Origin: Octopus vulgaris
Taxonomy: Eukaryota
Assembly (NCBI GenBank): GCA_951406725.2
Contig: OX597837.1
Span: 14,198,001 to 14,262,000, forward strand
Length of the DNA stretch: 64,000 nt
Direction of reading: 5' to 3'
Shown here: piece after piece, positions 63,893-64,000 of the stretch
How positions within the stretch are numbered: the first letter of the stretch is position 1
How the letters are laid out: each line of letters begins with the position of its first letter
The notes under the pieces: model-generated
Told to the model about the DNA's origin: nothing
What the model saw: only the letters and a program-made list of their open reading frames with translations
Databases searched by the model: none
Translations under genes and position numbers: made by a program

Positions 63893-64000
63893 CACGCACA
63901 CACACATACATACATACATATATATACACATGCATATATATATATATACATATATATATACAATAACTCTCTACTTGAGTGGGCCATAGTGCCCAAATTC

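Overview
AT-rich animal genomic DNA dominated by microsatellites and tRNA-derived SINEs. The repeat families suggest an octopus or other coleoid cephalopod; this is inference, not a database match. One minus-strand host gene is supported: a signal-peptide exon (8626-8743) splices in phase to a Cys-rich SUEL/galactose-rhamnose-lectin-like exon (1291-1644). Mobile DNA includes a full-length but frameshifted DD34D mariner (33743-35031), further mariner/Tc1, RTE-like and R4/Dong-like fragments, non-autonomous Helitrons and hAT MITEs. An ~8.4 kb near-identical duplication flanks a 100-N gap and is probably an uncollapsed haplotype. The most striking signal is a set of short non-coding elements sitting in (AT)n tracts, arranged as inverted and tandem copies and carrying minimal type I hammerhead ribozyme motifs. 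The best cases are a 362-bp tandem unit with a U3-A8 compensatory core variant (11261-12111) and a perfect 159-bp-arm palindrome with a canonical core (29135-29453). These look like Penelope-like or retrozyme-type elements. Most ORFs in the supplied track are microsatellite or SINE artefacts.
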